DNA from: Sphagnum compactum
Lineage: Eukaryota
Direction of reading: 5' to 3'
Assembly: GCA_965153455.1 (NCBI GenBank)
Contig: OZ234493.1
Span: 25,038,213-25,102,212 of the forward strand
Length of the DNA: 64,000 nucleotides
In this document: in pieces, positions 63,425-64,000 of the stretch
How the letters are laid out: every line of letters begins with the position of its first letter
Numbering within the stretch: the first letter of the stretch is position 1
Notes under the pieces: model-generated
Seen by the model: only the letters and a program-made list of their open reading frames with translations
Database searches by the model: none
What the model was told of the DNA's origin: nothing
Position numbers and translations under genes: made by a program

Positions 63425-64000
63425 ATTGGAACACTTTCATAAATAAAGCTTTTGGAGTGCATTTGATTGCCAATAGATGAAGTTAGTTCTTTCAAGTTGG
63501 AACACCCTTCTAAATAAAGCTTTTGGAGTGCATTCAATTGGCCAATAGATGAAGGTAATTCTTTCAAGTTGGAACACTAACACAAATAAAGCTCTTGGAG
63601 TGCATTCAATTGGCCAATAGATGAAGGTAATTCCTTCAAGTTGCACACCTTGACAAATAAAACTTTTCGAGTGCATTCAATTGGCCAATAGATGAAAGTA
63701 GTTCTTTCAAGTTCAAACACCTTGACAAATCAAGTTCTTGGAGTGCATTCAATTAGTCAATAGATGAAGGTAATTCTTTCAAGTTCAAACACCTTGACAA
63801 ATCAAGCTCTTGTAATGCATTCAAGTGACCAATAGATGAAGGTAGTTCTTTCAAGTTCGAACACCTTGACAAATGAAGCTCTTGGAGTGCATTCAATTGG
63901 CCAATAGATGAAGGTAGTTCCTTCAAATTGGAACACTTTGACAAATCAAGCTCTTGTAGTGCATTCAATTGGCCAATAGATGAAGGTAGTTCCTTCAAAT
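63425..64000 (-). pseudogene. Disease-resistance-type leucine-rich-repeat array (24-aa/72-bp units), pseudogenised 3' part; continues beyond window
   Basis: About 8 tandem units of LKELPSSIGQLNALQxLxLxxCSN. In-frame stop at 63753-63755, a 1-bp deletion near 63643, a second stop near 63577, and another frameshift near 63465. Confidence 0.88.

Noticed and set aside
63425..64000. CRISPR-like constant/variable periodicity
   Set aside because: The period is exactly 24 codons, the 'spacers' are homologous to each other and translate as LRR strands, the context is eukaryotic, and there are no cas genes.

Overview
This is eukaryotic, AT-rich land-plant nuclear DNA. Gene structure and repeat style suggest a bryophyte, probably a Sphagnum-type moss (inference). 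Four intact intron-containing genes were reconstructed by hand with GT-AG junctions and open frames: an NPH3/RPT2-like BTB-NPH3 gene of the NCH1/SR1IP1 type (+, 13176-17984), a 20-exon organellar plastid-type HSP90 (-, 19847-28024), a DRT102-like RpiB+cupin gene with an unusually long inter-domain linker (+, 33907-36598), and a folate-biopterin (BT1/FBT) transporter (+, ~49538-53037). Intergenic DNA holds decayed PIF/Harbinger, hAT and Ty3/gypsy remnants, hAT-type MITEs, a foldback element with a nested 275-bp palindrome, several minisatellites, and a pseudogenised 72-bp-unit LRR array cut by CACTA-like ends at the right edge. The most notable observations are: two in-frame starts on the HSP90 suggesting mitochondrion/plastid dual targeting; a Lys8/Trp5 uORF ahead of the NCH1-like gene; the DRT102 linker with internal repeats; a 5x160-bp amplified transposase fragment in the DRT102 promoter; and CACTA termini bracketing LRR cassettes in register. 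No CRISPR array, rRNA or real tRNA was seen. All homology calls are from recognition of motifs, not database searches.
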